A stretch of 64,000 nt of DNA from Guillardia theta CCMP2712 (taxonomy: Eukaryota > Protista > Cryptophyta). Below the pieces are notes generated by a model. It was not told where the DNA came from, ran no database searches, and saw nothing but the letters and a program-made list of their open reading frames with translations. Made by a program: the position numbers and the translations under genes. Of this stretch, positions 22,255 to 32,819 are shown piece after piece. The stretch covers positions 174,036-238,035 of the forward strand of contig NW_005434580.1 in NCBI RefSeq assembly GCF_000315625.1. Reading direction: 5' to 3'. Each line of letters begins with the position of its first letter. The stretch's first letter is position 1.

Positions 22255-23670
22255 ATGTCTCTACCGAGTGCTTTAAATGTAGATATAAATGAAATCAAAG
22301 ATTTCAGAAAGACCCTCGTTTCGTTCTATCCTGAGGAGATAAGCCGCACATACAAACCGAATGATAGAATCCGTCTTAATTTTCCTAAAGGACTATTAGA
22401 TTTATCATCATTTAATATATTCTATGACGCAAGAGGCAGCTTTTATAGATTGGTGTCAAATGGTGGCTTATTCTATTCATTAAATTACCATTTTCCAAAG
22501 CATACAAGCAGCTTAATACAATCATTAAGAGTCTTCATCAACGATCAAGAGGTTTCAAATATAGATGAGTTCAACACTATATATAACATATTGTTTGATA
22601 TCGAAAATGATAAGATAAATAATAATGGTTTAGATAATCACAACCCAGAATTTAAAACATTATCAATTGATGGCTATAATTATGACACATCTTTTAATGT
22701 TGCTTATAGCACGAAAATTACAGCCCCTATAATATCGAGTGGATGGTTTAGATATGCTGCACAGCCTACAGAGGCATTCACAGAGTCATTCGGAATCTCT
22801 GAATGGATAGGATTTTTTAGAGATATCAAATATATTAATACATTCAATATTGATTTATCGATTGAGATCGAGCTTGCTTCTCCTTACATATTGTTCTATC
22901 AAACAACATCAGCAGGCAACCAAAGAAGGAGCGCAAACGATACCCAAATAATAGATGGAGCAGATCCAGATTACACAATCTTTAATGTAAAGGCTAACAT
23001 ACATAAGTTAGACTTTGAGGGTGCCCCTAACATTTTGAATAACAATCTAACATTTACCGATTATGTCTCTAGGAAGGGCCCAAAATTGACAGTTGATAAG
23101 AACCAAAAATTAACAATGAATGTCAAAGCTGAATGTATTAAAAAATTGATTGCGACGTTTCTAAGCAATAGCAGGGATACAGTAGCAGAAAATTTTCAAT
23201 CAAACAACAGCGGTCTAAGTGTAGAGTATGAAAGACTAATCCAACAGGACGCTTCAACACGACTCGGCAACTCTGCATATTTTGCTAGGTTAGGGAAAGG
23301 AATAAATACAGTATCTTTTTATATTGATGATATACCAATAAATAATAATCCAATGACAATTATTGAAATCGAAAGAGAGACAAGACACGCATTCAATATC
23401 AAGAAAACACTATGGAATAATATTTATGAGTTCCAAAATGATTTTTTCAGCGCTGTGATGTCCCTTGAAGATCATATTAAGAAAAATGACGGTATTGTTA
23501 AATCTGGATATAATACAAATGGAAGGAATGCAAAAATAATGTTTGAATCTCAGGCATTCGGTGTTCCAGCTAACACATTGAATGAAGCTGATTTTATCGG
23601 CACACCGATCTTATTTATAGAAACAGAAAGGACAATAAACATAGATAACAATAATATATCGATATCTTAG
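22255..23670 (+). CDS. Major capsid protein paralog (double jelly roll, divergent copy)
   Basis: Aligns by eye with the next ORF, e.g. FPKHTSSLIQSLRVFIN..EVSNIDEFNTIYNI, ISEWIGF and YFARLGKGI. Confidence 0.82.
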   Translation: MSLPSALNVDINEIKDFRKTLVSFYPEEISRTYKPNDRIRLNFPKGLLDLSSFNIFYDARGSFYRLVSNGGLFYSLNYHFPKHTSSLIQSLRVFINDQEVSNIDEFNTIYNILFDIENDKINNNGLDNHNPEFKTLSIDGYNYDTSFNVAYSTKITAPIISSGWFRYAAQPTEAFTESFGISEWIGFFRDIKYINTFNIDLSIEIELASPYILFYQTTSAGNQRRSANDTQIIDGADPDYTIFNVKANIHKLDFEGAPNILNNNLTFTDYVSRKGPKLTVDKNQKLTMNVKAECIKKLIATFLSNSRDTVAENFQSNNSGLSVEYERLIQQDASTRLGNSAYFARLGKGINTVSFYIDDIPINNNPMTIIEIERETRHAFNIKKTLWNNIYEFQNDFFSAVMSLEDHIKKNDGIVKSGYNTNGRNAKIMFESQAFGVPANTLNEADFIGTPILFIETERTINIDNNNISIS

Positions 23671-23710
23671 GTGAAAAATTATTATCTTACAATAGATAAA
23701 AAGTATTATT

Positions 23711-25225
23711 ATGGAAGGCGAACAAGGAGAAGGCCACATGATCAAAGGTCAATTTTTTCCATCGAATTTCGATCATCAATTTGAAGTCTTACAAAATTAT
23801 TATACTCAGCCGGTGCGAATTGTACCAAGCACAGGACAACAAACCCTAGCAGCAGGCGATGAATTGATTATCACCTTGCCGCCTGCTTCTGTTGTTGATC
23901 TTAGAACCTTTCAGCTGTTTTTTAAGTCACAAGTGGCGGGAAACACTGTCGCAGCTACTGGCACAGTGCCATGCGGTTTTCCTAAGCACATCGCATCATT
24001 GATTCAAACTTTAGACATTTATGTAAATGGTGTGAATATCCAGCACATCGACAACTATAATATGCTTTATAACATCTATAAAGATATGTACGGAAGCGGT
24101 GAGCAAGAAGGCAAGCAGGCAGTATCAACAAATGCCGATCCATCTTCAAGGGTGATCGTTGGCAATGATGGAACACTTACCCGCCAAAGCTTTCACGTAA
24201 ATGCAGCAGTCACACAAGACAACGCCACCCTTAATCGCGCGATTGATACTTATTGCATCAAGGATTGGGTCGGATTCCTTGGATCATGCAGGCCTTCGAT
24301 CATTGATACAAATCTATTCGGAAGCTTTGAGATCAGAATGAGACTCGCCCCAAACAATGTTTTATGGAGGAATTCAGGCGCTGAAAATATCACATATTCA
24401 GTTTCTGACTTGTATGCGTACATCAACCGTATTGATTGGAAATCGCCAGATTATTATAGTCTTTATGATGCTATGCTTGCAAAATCAGGAAGTATGAATA
24501 TCCCATATAATAACTTTAGATGCCATATTGGCAATGCCTTGACTGATTCAAAGACAAACATCATGAGATTTACCGAGTCTTGCCAATCTTTAAATAAAGT
24601 CATTTGGACTTACAGAACATCGGCATATAATACAATCGCACCGCTGCAGCTTGCGAACGATGCCGCCGCTGCTTCTGGAGCTGCTGCGGCTGACATCGTC
24701 ACCGATCTGAACAATAACACATCGGTGCCGCGAAAGCTAGCCAATTATGAGACATTCTTATCTATGGATTATGCGCCATTATATAATTCATCCCAATATT
24801 TCCGTCGTAATGGGTTGGGCTTGGGCAGCAGTGATGGGAGCTATAACGGAGTGGCTCAACTTGAGGTAAATTCACAATTGATCCCATCATACCCTTTGAC
24901 CCTTCCGATGGTATATCAAGAGACCCTTAAAGCGTTCAACCTTCTATCAAATGACAAGGGAATTCATAGCGCAATGAAAAATATGGCTCATTATGAAAGG
25001 GACTTCTTTGTTGGCGCTTTCGCATTGTCGCACTTCAATAACAATGATTCGCAATATCTTATATCTGGCTTTGATAGTCAGGCGACATCTATTCAATTAG
25101 CGCTGCATGTTACAAACAATCGCACAACGACCAACGCGGCGGCTTCTGCTACTCCTGTGGTGTTCACCAGTATGGACAGTGTGCTAAAGGTGAGTGCGGG
25201 CAGACAGGTCCTTCCTATATTCTAG
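23711..25225 (+). CDS. Major capsid protein (PLV-type double jelly roll)
   Basis: 504 aa and beta-rich. ITLP..SVVDLRT, SLIQTLDIYVNG..IQHI.NYN.LYNI, and C-terminal SGFDS and DSVLKVSAGRQV. In a cluster with mCP and the ATPase. Confidence 0.88.
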   Translation: MEGEQGEGHMIKGQFFPSNFDHQFEVLQNYYTQPVRIVPSTGQQTLAAGDELIITLPPASVVDLRTFQLFFKSQVAGNTVAATGTVPCGFPKHIASLIQTLDIYVNGVNIQHIDNYNMLYNIYKDMYGSGEQEGKQAVSTNADPSSRVIVGNDGTLTRQSFHVNAAVTQDNATLNRAIDTYCIKDWVGFLGSCRPSIIDTNLFGSFEIRMRLAPNNVLWRNSGAENITYSVSDLYAYINRIDWKSPDYYSLYDAMLAKSGSMNIPYNNFRCHIGNALTDSKTNIMRFTESCQSLNKVIWTYRTSAYNTIAPLQLANDAAAASGAAAADIVTDLNNNTSVPRKLANYETFLSMDYAPLYNSSQYFRRNGLGLGSSDGSYNGVAQLEVNSQLIPSYPLTLPMVYQETLKAFNLLSNDKGIHSAMKNMAHYERDFFVGAFALSHFNNNDSQYLISGFDSQATSIQLALHVTNNRTTTNAAASATPVVFTSMDSVLKVSAGRQVLPIF

Positions 25226-25292
25226 AAAGAACTTTAAGGATTTATGCTACGCTTGGCAAAGCCAACTTTTTTTTATACATCAATTATTAAAG

Positions 25293-25631
25293 ATGATTGA
25301 TAGCGTATTTCAACCCAATGGATCTTATAGATATTTTGAAAGGCATATTGATATTAATGAAAAGAATGATAAGAGTTTTGATGTTGCGCGGAAGATGGAG
25401 AAACCGGCAAGGTTTAAAAAGGCGTTTCCAATGGAGATGACGAATTACAGTTCTAGAATAAAAAAATATTTTTGGCTCGATGTCTACCCTCCCGAGGTGT
25501 TAAGGGCTCCATATGATCCACATAATGATTTAAATTTTAGTCCTCTTAGATCAATTCAAGATAAACCGATTCAAGTCGGTAATAAATTAGTTTCTACTAG
25601 CCAAATTAAGCCACTTAGATTTGGCAGATAA
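25293..25631 (+). CDS. Hypothetical viral protein (112 aa)
   Basis: First ATG at 25293, within the compact morphogenesis cluster. Confidence 0.6.
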   Translation: MIDSVFQPNGSYRYFERHIDINEKNDKSFDVARKMEKPARFKKAFPMEMTNYSSRIKKYFWLDVYPPEVLRAPYDPHNDLNFSPLRSIQDKPIQVGNKLVSTSQIKPLRFGR

Positions 25632-25683
25632 TACAGATTTTTCATAGATAATACATAGATTTTTTTTCTGCAATTTCTATAAA

Positions 25684-26226
25684 ATGGGTAGAAATAGCAA
25701 GCAACCGCAAAATGTCGATATTGAAGCTTCATCTATTGATGAGGTTGAAGAACATATCGAGCAAGAACCACAAGAACCACAAGAACCACAAGAACCACCA
25801 AAACAAGCAAAAAAAAGAGTGATGACACAAGAGCAATTGCAGCATTTAGCCAAATGTAGAGAATTGGCAAAACAGAAAAAGCAACAATTAGCCGAGGCAA
25901 ACCCAAAATCAAGATTAAATAAACAATTGAAGCATAAGGAGGTATTAGAGCAAGCAAAAGAAATCGATCAATTAGTTGATCAAAAGATAGAACAGCAAAA
26001 AAAGGCATTGCCTCAAGACTTTATCATTAAAGATGCCAAATATTACAAAGAGAAATATAACAGATTGAAAGCAGATTATAGAAATCTACAGAGCACACCA
26101 CAACCCACGCCATCAATCCGATCACAGATAAAAACAGAGAGCGACAACAATCTAAGGCAACAGCTAGAGCGTGAGCGCCTGAAGCTGTCAGCTATAAATT
26201 TATTTGGCCATTCAAATTTTTTGTAA
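25684..26226 (+). CDS. Charged coiled-coil viral protein
   Basis: 180 aa, QEP repeats, KKRVMT.EQL..LAK.RE.A..KK motif, directly upstream of the ATPase. Confidence 0.7.
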   Translation: MGRNSKQPQNVDIEASSIDEVEEHIEQEPQEPQEPQEPPKQAKKRVMTQEQLQHLAKCRELAKQKKQQLAEANPKSRLNKQLKHKEVLEQAKEIDQLVDQKIEQQKKALPQDFIIKDAKYYKEKYNRLKADYRNLQSTPQPTPSIRSQIKTESDNNLRQQLERERLKLSAINLFGHSNFL

Positions 26227-26237
26227 TGATCTAATAA

Positions 26238-27203
26238 ATGACTGATATCGAGACAATACAAATAAAATATTTGGACAATAAACCGAAACCCTTCAAAAAG
26301 CTTATCTATCCCCAGACTGACCCAAATCTACCGAGGCCTTATTGTGTATGCCTTGCTGTGGGCATGAGGGGCTCAGGGAAGACTTACGCAGTGACCAAGA
26401 TGATAAGCAACTTTGAAAAATTCGGATATATTGACCCAGAAACAGGCGATAAGGTAGCAATACGCACAATATTATTTAGTCCGACATATGACGCAAACCC
26501 TGTTTTTACTGTCTTAAATAGCTTAGACGATGATGATATAATAAATGAATTTACAGAAGAAAAGTTAGATGAGGTATTAGAGGATATTAAAAAAGAAGCA
26601 GAAGAGACAGAGAAATATTTAAAATATAAGAAGGCTTATCTGAAATTCCAGAAAACGCCTTTATCAAAGATTGAATCAATGGATCCCGAAGATTTACAGA
26701 TGTTATTTATCAATGATTTCAAGAATCCCAAGGATTTACCAAACAAGCCAAGATATCCCAACGGGGTTGTCAATAATGTAATTCTAGATGATTGTCTAGG
26801 ATCTAACGCATTTAAGAACAGCCGCAAAAATTCACTTGTTAAGGCAATATTGAACTCTCGTCACATGCGGTGCCAGTTCTTCATTTGTGCCCAGAATCTC
26901 AAAGCAATCAATAAATCAATAAGAGTCAATACATCGGTTTATGTTCTGTTTAAATTTGCATCAAAAAAAATCGTCATGGAAGACATTTATGAGAACATAT
27001 CAGGCTTGATAACAATTGAAAATTTTGAAAGATTATATGAATTTGCAACATCAGATAACCCACACGATGCCTTAGTTGTAGATACAACACAGAAAAAAGA
27101 GAATGTCTTTAAGCTTAATTTTGATAAGATCCTGAGAATTAAAAAATCTAATGATAATAATAAAGATGATGGAGGAAACAATACCACAAACGGCAGCAAT
27201 TGA
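26238..27203 (+). CDS. Genome packaging ATPase (FtsK-HerA / poxvirus A32-like)
   Basis: Walker A GMRGSGKT, Walker B VILDD, SRH and AQ motifs, IRVN. Confidence 0.93.
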   Translation: MTDIETIQIKYLDNKPKPFKKLIYPQTDPNLPRPYCVCLAVGMRGSGKTYAVTKMISNFEKFGYIDPETGDKVAIRTILFSPTYDANPVFTVLNSLDDDDIINEFTEEKLDEVLEDIKKEAEETEKYLKYKKAYLKFQKTPLSKIESMDPEDLQMLFINDFKNPKDLPNKPRYPNGVVNNVILDDCLGSNAFKNSRKNSLVKAILNSRHMRCQFFICAQNLKAINKSIRVNTSVYVLFKFASKKIVMEDIYENISGLITIENFERLYEFATSDNPHDALVVDTTQKKENVFKLNFDKILRIKKSNDNNKDDGGNNTTNGSN

Positions 27204-27432
27204 GGCCATTGAACATGAAGAATTGCCATATGATAAAGAATTGTATAAGAAATATTTTGACGAGGCAAAAAAAAGATTTCCTAATTTGGATGATTACCTA
27301 ATTCATTTAGGTTGTGTCAATCTATTGATGAATAATGAAATAAATGATGACAAAGGGGATCAATTGCAAAAATCATATTTCAAGGACGACACATATGAGG
27401 GCATTCAATTATGCCCATCAGAAGATGCATAG
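27166..27432 (+). CDS. Small acidic hypothetical viral protein
   Basis: ORF overlaps the ATPase end and is followed by a hairpin. Start codon uncertain (27151 or 27166). Confidence 0.6.
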   Translation: MMEETIPQTAAIEAIEHEELPYDKELYKKYFDEAKKRFPNLDDYLIHLGCVNLLMNNEINDDKGDQLQKSYFKDDTYEGIQLCPSEDA

Positions 27433-27470
27433 CTTAGCAAAGCTAAATAATATATATCATATATAAATAA

Positions 27471-28157
27471 ATGTCTGGGCAATATTTCAAATTGAAGAAT
27501 AGTTATATCATAGATATTGATAGCTCAAATATTCAAAGCTATGAAACTTTGCAGTATTCCAACAATGCAACCCCTCCGCAAGTATCAGATTTTATCAATG
27601 ATTATAGAATTCATCTAAATATTCCTGTTGAGTTCTCAAGAAATTGCAAAATTGCAATAGATGAATTTGATTTAAAAATACTCTTAGCACATAATCAGAA
27701 TGAATTTATTGTCGAAACTGTCAATCTATTCACTCCGAGCATATCAGTAAAAAATCAATATCTATCTAGCAATAAAGCACATTTAAAATTATTTAGCAAA
27801 TACTTTGATAATCAGGATCAGGTTATTACTGTGGGAGATGGAACAGGCGGTTTTTCATCTCAAAACAATCAAAGCTTGATATACCACTATAAAAATAATG
27901 ATTTGCAATTGAATTCGTTTGAATTACGATCAAGCGATTTCGCTAAAAATGAGTTAGTCTTAACATTTCAAAACAAATATACTATCGTCGGATCTGCCGA
28001 TATTTTACTAAATCATGGCTTAGTCAAGGGTTCAGAATTTAATTTAAGACTGATCATATATGACTATGATGAAGACCAAGTCAATTATACACCGCCAGAG
28101 GCAACAATCAAAAATTTATTGCCTATGAGCAATACTGGAATAAATAAGATTGCTTAA
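27471..28157 (+). CDS. Beta-rich protein, possible second minor capsid (single jelly-roll) protein
   Basis: N-terminal IIDIDSS, YRIHLNIP, KIAIDEF and C-terminal FNLRLII resemble mCP strand order. Inference only. Confidence 0.5.
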   Translation: MSGQYFKLKNSYIIDIDSSNIQSYETLQYSNNATPPQVSDFINDYRIHLNIPVEFSRNCKIAIDEFDLKILLAHNQNEFIVETVNLFTPSISVKNQYLSSNKAHLKLFSKYFDNQDQVITVGDGTGGFSSQNNQSLIYHYKNNDLQLNSFELRSSDFAKNELVLTFQNKYTIVGSADILLNHGLVKGSEFNLRLIIYDYDEDQVNYTPPEATIKNLLPMSNTGINKIA

Positions 28158-29044
28158 GGCGCACCCGCTGCCATTGATTGCGAATTTAGATAATCATTTA
28201 ATAGAGATGTATAATATAGCTTTGTTTCTTGATTTGTGATAAGATTTTGATCAAGCGCAATCTCTAGCAATTTATACATTTGATCACCGAAACGATCCAA
28301 TGTTCTTTTTTGTGTTGCATTTCTACGATCTGCATTGAATGATCTTATGAATCTATCATAAGCGCCTCTATCATTTGGATTTGTCAAAGCGCTATAGAAT
28401 TGATTAAAATTTTGTGGCAACTGCTGAGTTAATAAATATGTTGCCCTTGGTGATGCTGGGGGTGGTGAAGCTGGCGGCGGTTGTGGTTGTGTTGTTGCTG
28501 CCGTTGGCGCAGGTGTTGGGGGTGGAAATGGTTGATATTGTTGAGTTGCCGCTGAACTCTGCGACGCTCCGCTTGGCAAAGCCGAGCCTCCAAATTGTAA
28601 CGTTTGCGGTGTTGGCAATGTTCCAGCTGCTGGAACTGCTGCCGGTTGTTGCGGTGTTGCTGGCATTCCTTGAATGGCTTGCATTGATGGCATAGCCGGT
28701 TGATTGATTAGATTATTAAGCATCTGGTTAAAATTAGTCTGTTGTCTTTGCACATCTTGATAATAATTTTGCATGTCTCTGCTTAATGTCTGATACATTG
28801 ATTGCCCTTGATCATTGATTCTTCTTATCTCATTAAAATTAATTGACCCGAAAGGGTCAGATATAACCCTCATGCCATGGCCATAAGATAATTGATTTTT
28901 ATTAGGTGGTAATCTAAGACCAGCCGTTTTTTTTCTTTCTTGCGATTGCTCATCGCAACACTCATCATTTTTAGAATTTAAATTGTTCTCTATCTTCACA
29001 TTTACAATAAGCGGCTTTGAGGATGTTTTATTTTGTGTTACCAT
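28154..29044 (-). CDS. Q/P/A-rich hypothetical viral protein
   Basis: 296-aa ORF with TAAATG start context and a low-complexity core. Confidence 0.7.
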   Translation of the reverse strand: MVTQNKTSSKPLIVNVKIENNLNSKNDECCDEQSQERKKTAGLRLPPNKNQLSYGHGMRVISDPFGSINFNEIRRINDQGQSMYQTLSRDMQNYYQDVQRQQTNFNQMLNNLINQPAMPSMQAIQGMPATPQQPAAVPAAGTLPTPQTLQFGGSALPSGASQSSAATQQYQPFPPPTPAPTAATTQPQPPPASPPPASPRATYLLTQQLPQNFNQFYSALTNPNDRGAYDRFIRSFNADRRNATQKRTLDRFGDQMYKLLEIALDQNLITNQETKLYYTSLLNDYLNSQSMAAGAP

Positions 29045-29051
29045 TTACATA

Positions 29052-32010
29052 TTATACGCTATTTATTTTATTTTCTAATTCTTGTATTCTATTCAATGCG
29101 CTTGTCAATTGCCTTGATAATTCTTGTATAGCTGATATGCCATAACTATAAATGATATCCTTTCTCAACATATGAAAATCACTCACCTTTTTACCCATAA
29201 CGATTAATGTTTTTGTGTCTGCCGGAAATGTCTTATTAACTCTGTAATTATAAGAATCAATAACTTCTAATATTTCAAGCTCTTCATTTTGAACATCTAA
29301 AATATCGCCCACTTCATATGGTGCTTCTAGTGATAATTTTAATATGTCGCCGTTTATTGTTGCTTTATCATCCTTAATAGGCAATGTATCGCTTATAACC
29401 TGAACCGCTTCAGGTATGACCTCCTTAACCTCTTGAGCAATAAAACCAACTACTTTATCTTTATTTCTATTGTCTCTGTAGTCATATTTTTTTGGTTTCA
29501 ATTTATTTATTACATCCAAACAATATGAGTCATTTAAATCTTCTATATTCTTTTTAATCCTTATGTCTGAATTATTAAATAGTCCATTGTAATAATATGT
29601 CGCAGAGTATAGATGTATCGTTCCCTCTATACCATCGACTTTAATCCTCCAATCATAGGTTTGAACCTCTCTGTTATTATCGCCGGTATTATCCAAACAA
29701 ATCATAAAATCATGTCTTGACCAACTTCCGCGAGCTTGTAAATATATCATAGATTTATAAGGATTTGTTACATTAAATGGAGTTCCAAAATAAATAGCTC
29801 TAGATGTGTGTTCATCACCAGAGCGCATATACCAATTATTCGTTGAAAAAATATAACCATTGACTGTAAAATTAGTAGATGAACCTCCGCAATTTGCTGC
29901 ATAATCAGCATGTGCGCAGCTCAACTTATTCCATTCTGTAAAGTTTCCACCCTCTCTATATCTAACACATAAATAAGGAGATGGCTTATTTCTCGCTATA
30001 GCAAACTGAGCACCATAAGAGGTCCAAGGATAATCAGCACCTAATCCAATATTCCAAGTATAATATTGAGTGGCGCTATCGACATTGGGTCCGTTTGTTG
30101 TATTCTGTATAAACCACGAACCGAAATTAGGTATATCGTTAAAATCTGTATAGGTTCCGTGGTTGTTCCCCATATTGTTAAACAATCTATGCGCGCCTGT
30201 CCCTGTTATGCTCCCTGTAACATCTAGATTTGCGGTGACCGTGAATGTTCCAGAAGGAATAGATATCCCGCCCGCTGTTGTGGCATGATTTGCGGTTCCT
30301 GATGTTGTAGCATAATTTGCGCTTCCTGCTGTATCAGCATATGATGCTGAAAACCTCTTCCAAGACTGCCATGAGTTATTCCATTTATACCTAAAATTTA
30401 TGTATGTGTTATCAAAAGTCCCGCCATTGCTTATTCCCGCACCAATTGCTATTTGTAAAGCATATGATAAGTCACCATTATAATTATAACCGCTGCCTAT
30501 GTTCAAAGCATAAAATTCTGTTTGGCCTGTATTATTAGGGGGCACATTCACAGGTTGATTACCAGAGCCACCAATTAAATAATAACAACCGAAATTAGGC
30601 AATCCGTTAAAATCTCTATAGTCGGTTATTGAAGCTCTCACACCGCTATTATTGAATAAATAAAAGTTTGGATTAGACACCAGAGCCGGCTTATTTGTTA
30701 AATCATTGTAAGAACCACTAAAAGGGGTAAACATGACATTATTGATATATATCGTTCCCGTAAATTTGATATTATTAGCATCTAAATATACTCTGCTTGT
30801 TGCTGTTGGTGATATCAAAAGATTATTTTCATATTGTGTGCCTGTATCTTGCTTTCTACCAATGGCAAAATCACCCGTTGCGTTGATTGCTATCAAATGC
30901 TGCCACCCGAAAGCTGTCCCGTTGATATTCTTATTTAAAAATATATATCCTTGTGTCGTGCTTCCGCCTTGTGTAACATCGCCAAGTATAAGATAAGGAT
31001 GTTTTAGGATTGTGAAATTATCCGTGCCGTCATTGTAAATTGAAAAATAAGCATCTGGAACAAATGACAATTCGCCAGCAGCTGAAACGCTAAAATCTGA
31101 TGATACACTTGATATATAATTAGTATTGTTTCCAAAAGTTTGAACCTTTTGATATCTTATTATCACAACTCCAGACCCTCCAGCTCCTCCGGCTATTGAC
31201 CCATTACTACTGTATGACCCGCCACCTCCTCCACCTGTTCCGCTTTGTCCTGCCTGAGCTGTGCCACTATTGAGAGTTGTGCCACTCGCATTTCCTCCTC
31301 CTCCAAGACCTCCATTATTGCTGCTATTTCCTCCACCACCTCCACCACCATAATATACTAGCGTTCCTGTTATATCAACTTGACGACCATTTCCACCCTG
31401 TCCATTTGAAGCATTTGCTCCAGCACCACCACCAGCACCTCCTCGATTGAGGCCACCACTTACATAAAAACCAACGCCATTATTACCACCGGCAACATAT
31501 GATGAACCATTCCAAAAAGTATTGCCTTGAGTAGCTGTGCCGCCTGATGTGCTATTAAAAGCAGCACCTCCTCCAGAGCCTCCAGACCCACCACTTGAAC
31601 CATTGGAACCACCGCCACCAAATCCTCCTCCTTTGCCCACTAAGCTTATAGAATCAAAAGAAAGAGCGGAGTTATTTATATCTGTTATTTTACTGTCATT
31701 GCCATTTCTATTCGCTGCTCCTCCATTTCCTACATAAATATAATAGGTACCAGCTGATATTGTCTTATTGACCATATACAGCACACCACCAGCACCGCCA
31801 CCGCCTGCCTCATATCCAGCTCCTCCAGTTGCTGCTGTTCCACCACCGCCACCCCCACCAACGATGAGGATATCGCAGGTTGTGGAATACTGAACATCTA
31901 GGCTATAGGTTGTATTGTCACCTGAACCTCCATAAGTAAAAAGTAAGTATCCTGTTGTTTCATCTATATCGATATTGGCAATTGTGCTAGTCATCGGGTT
32001 AATATATCTA
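29052..32010 (-). CDS. C-terminal part of giant fibre protein: glycine-rich domain, two tail-fibre knob-like modules, peptidase S74 intramolecular chaperone
   Basis: LIVGGGGGGG...GGSGVVIIRY glycine-rich domain, FSGSYNDLTNKP, and SDIRIKKNI...GFIAQEV..VIPEAV...AIQEL. The nominal ATG (32024) lies inside the terminal repeat, so the 5' end is truncated. Confidence 0.88.
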
Positions 32011-32819
32011 GCAAGTAAATACATTGGAAACGTGAGGAGACAAACTTTTATAAATCAATTTAAAATTTCAATGATTTTTACGAACACCCAAAAAATTCAT
32101 TTATTTCTCTTTATTTTCCCTACCGAATCCCTATTATATTTTATTCAATTGAAATAATAGCTGCGCATTGGTGCGGATTATCACACAAAATAACCAAAAA
32201 CAAACGAGCGCACACACGGAGTGTGCCAGAGCAAACATAATATCAATGAAAATTATGAATCCTTCAAGGATCATATAAGTAATAAAAAAATCTATGTGGG
32301 GTGATGGGGTAAAATATTAAACACGTTGTTTTGCAAACCCCCCTAAGTAACAAAATAATCTATCCCCGCCGCCACCCTCCGCCCCCTCCGCCTCTACCCC
32401 CCGCCTATTTCACATAACGGCTTAATTTTTCTTTTCTTTATTTTTTCCGCTCTATTACATGCGTAGTTTATTTGGCGGGGGGGACGGGGGGGAAAACTCC
32501 ATTTTTCCATGGGAGTATATATATATTGCCACATGCCGGATGGTCTAAATATATTTATCCTCAAAATCACGATTTTACCCCCCGCCCCCCCCGCCTTACG
32601 TCTATTTAACCTACGTTTACCATTCTTTTCACACTCCACCACAGCCAAAACATGGCGGAGGGACCCACCCGCCTACCTCCCCGCCTACCCCCCGCCCCCC
32701 CCCGCCTACCTCCGCCTACCTCCGCTCCTCCTTTTATTAAAACCCCTTTATCATTATCATTACCATTATTATACTAAATTATATTCTTTATTTTTATCTA
32801 TCTTTCTTTATTATAAATG
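32008..32819 (+). repeat. Terminal repeat copy 2 (inferred right TIR, now internal and in direct orientation)
   Basis: Same start and end as copy 1, with small indels and a diverged central spacer. Confidence 0.95.

Noticed and set aside
12753-32819. LTR retroelement or DIRS element bounded by ~0.8-kb direct repeats
   Set aside because: No gag, RT or RNase H. Viral AT-rich sequence continues 6 kb past the second repeat, and an inversion of a TIR element explains the layout.
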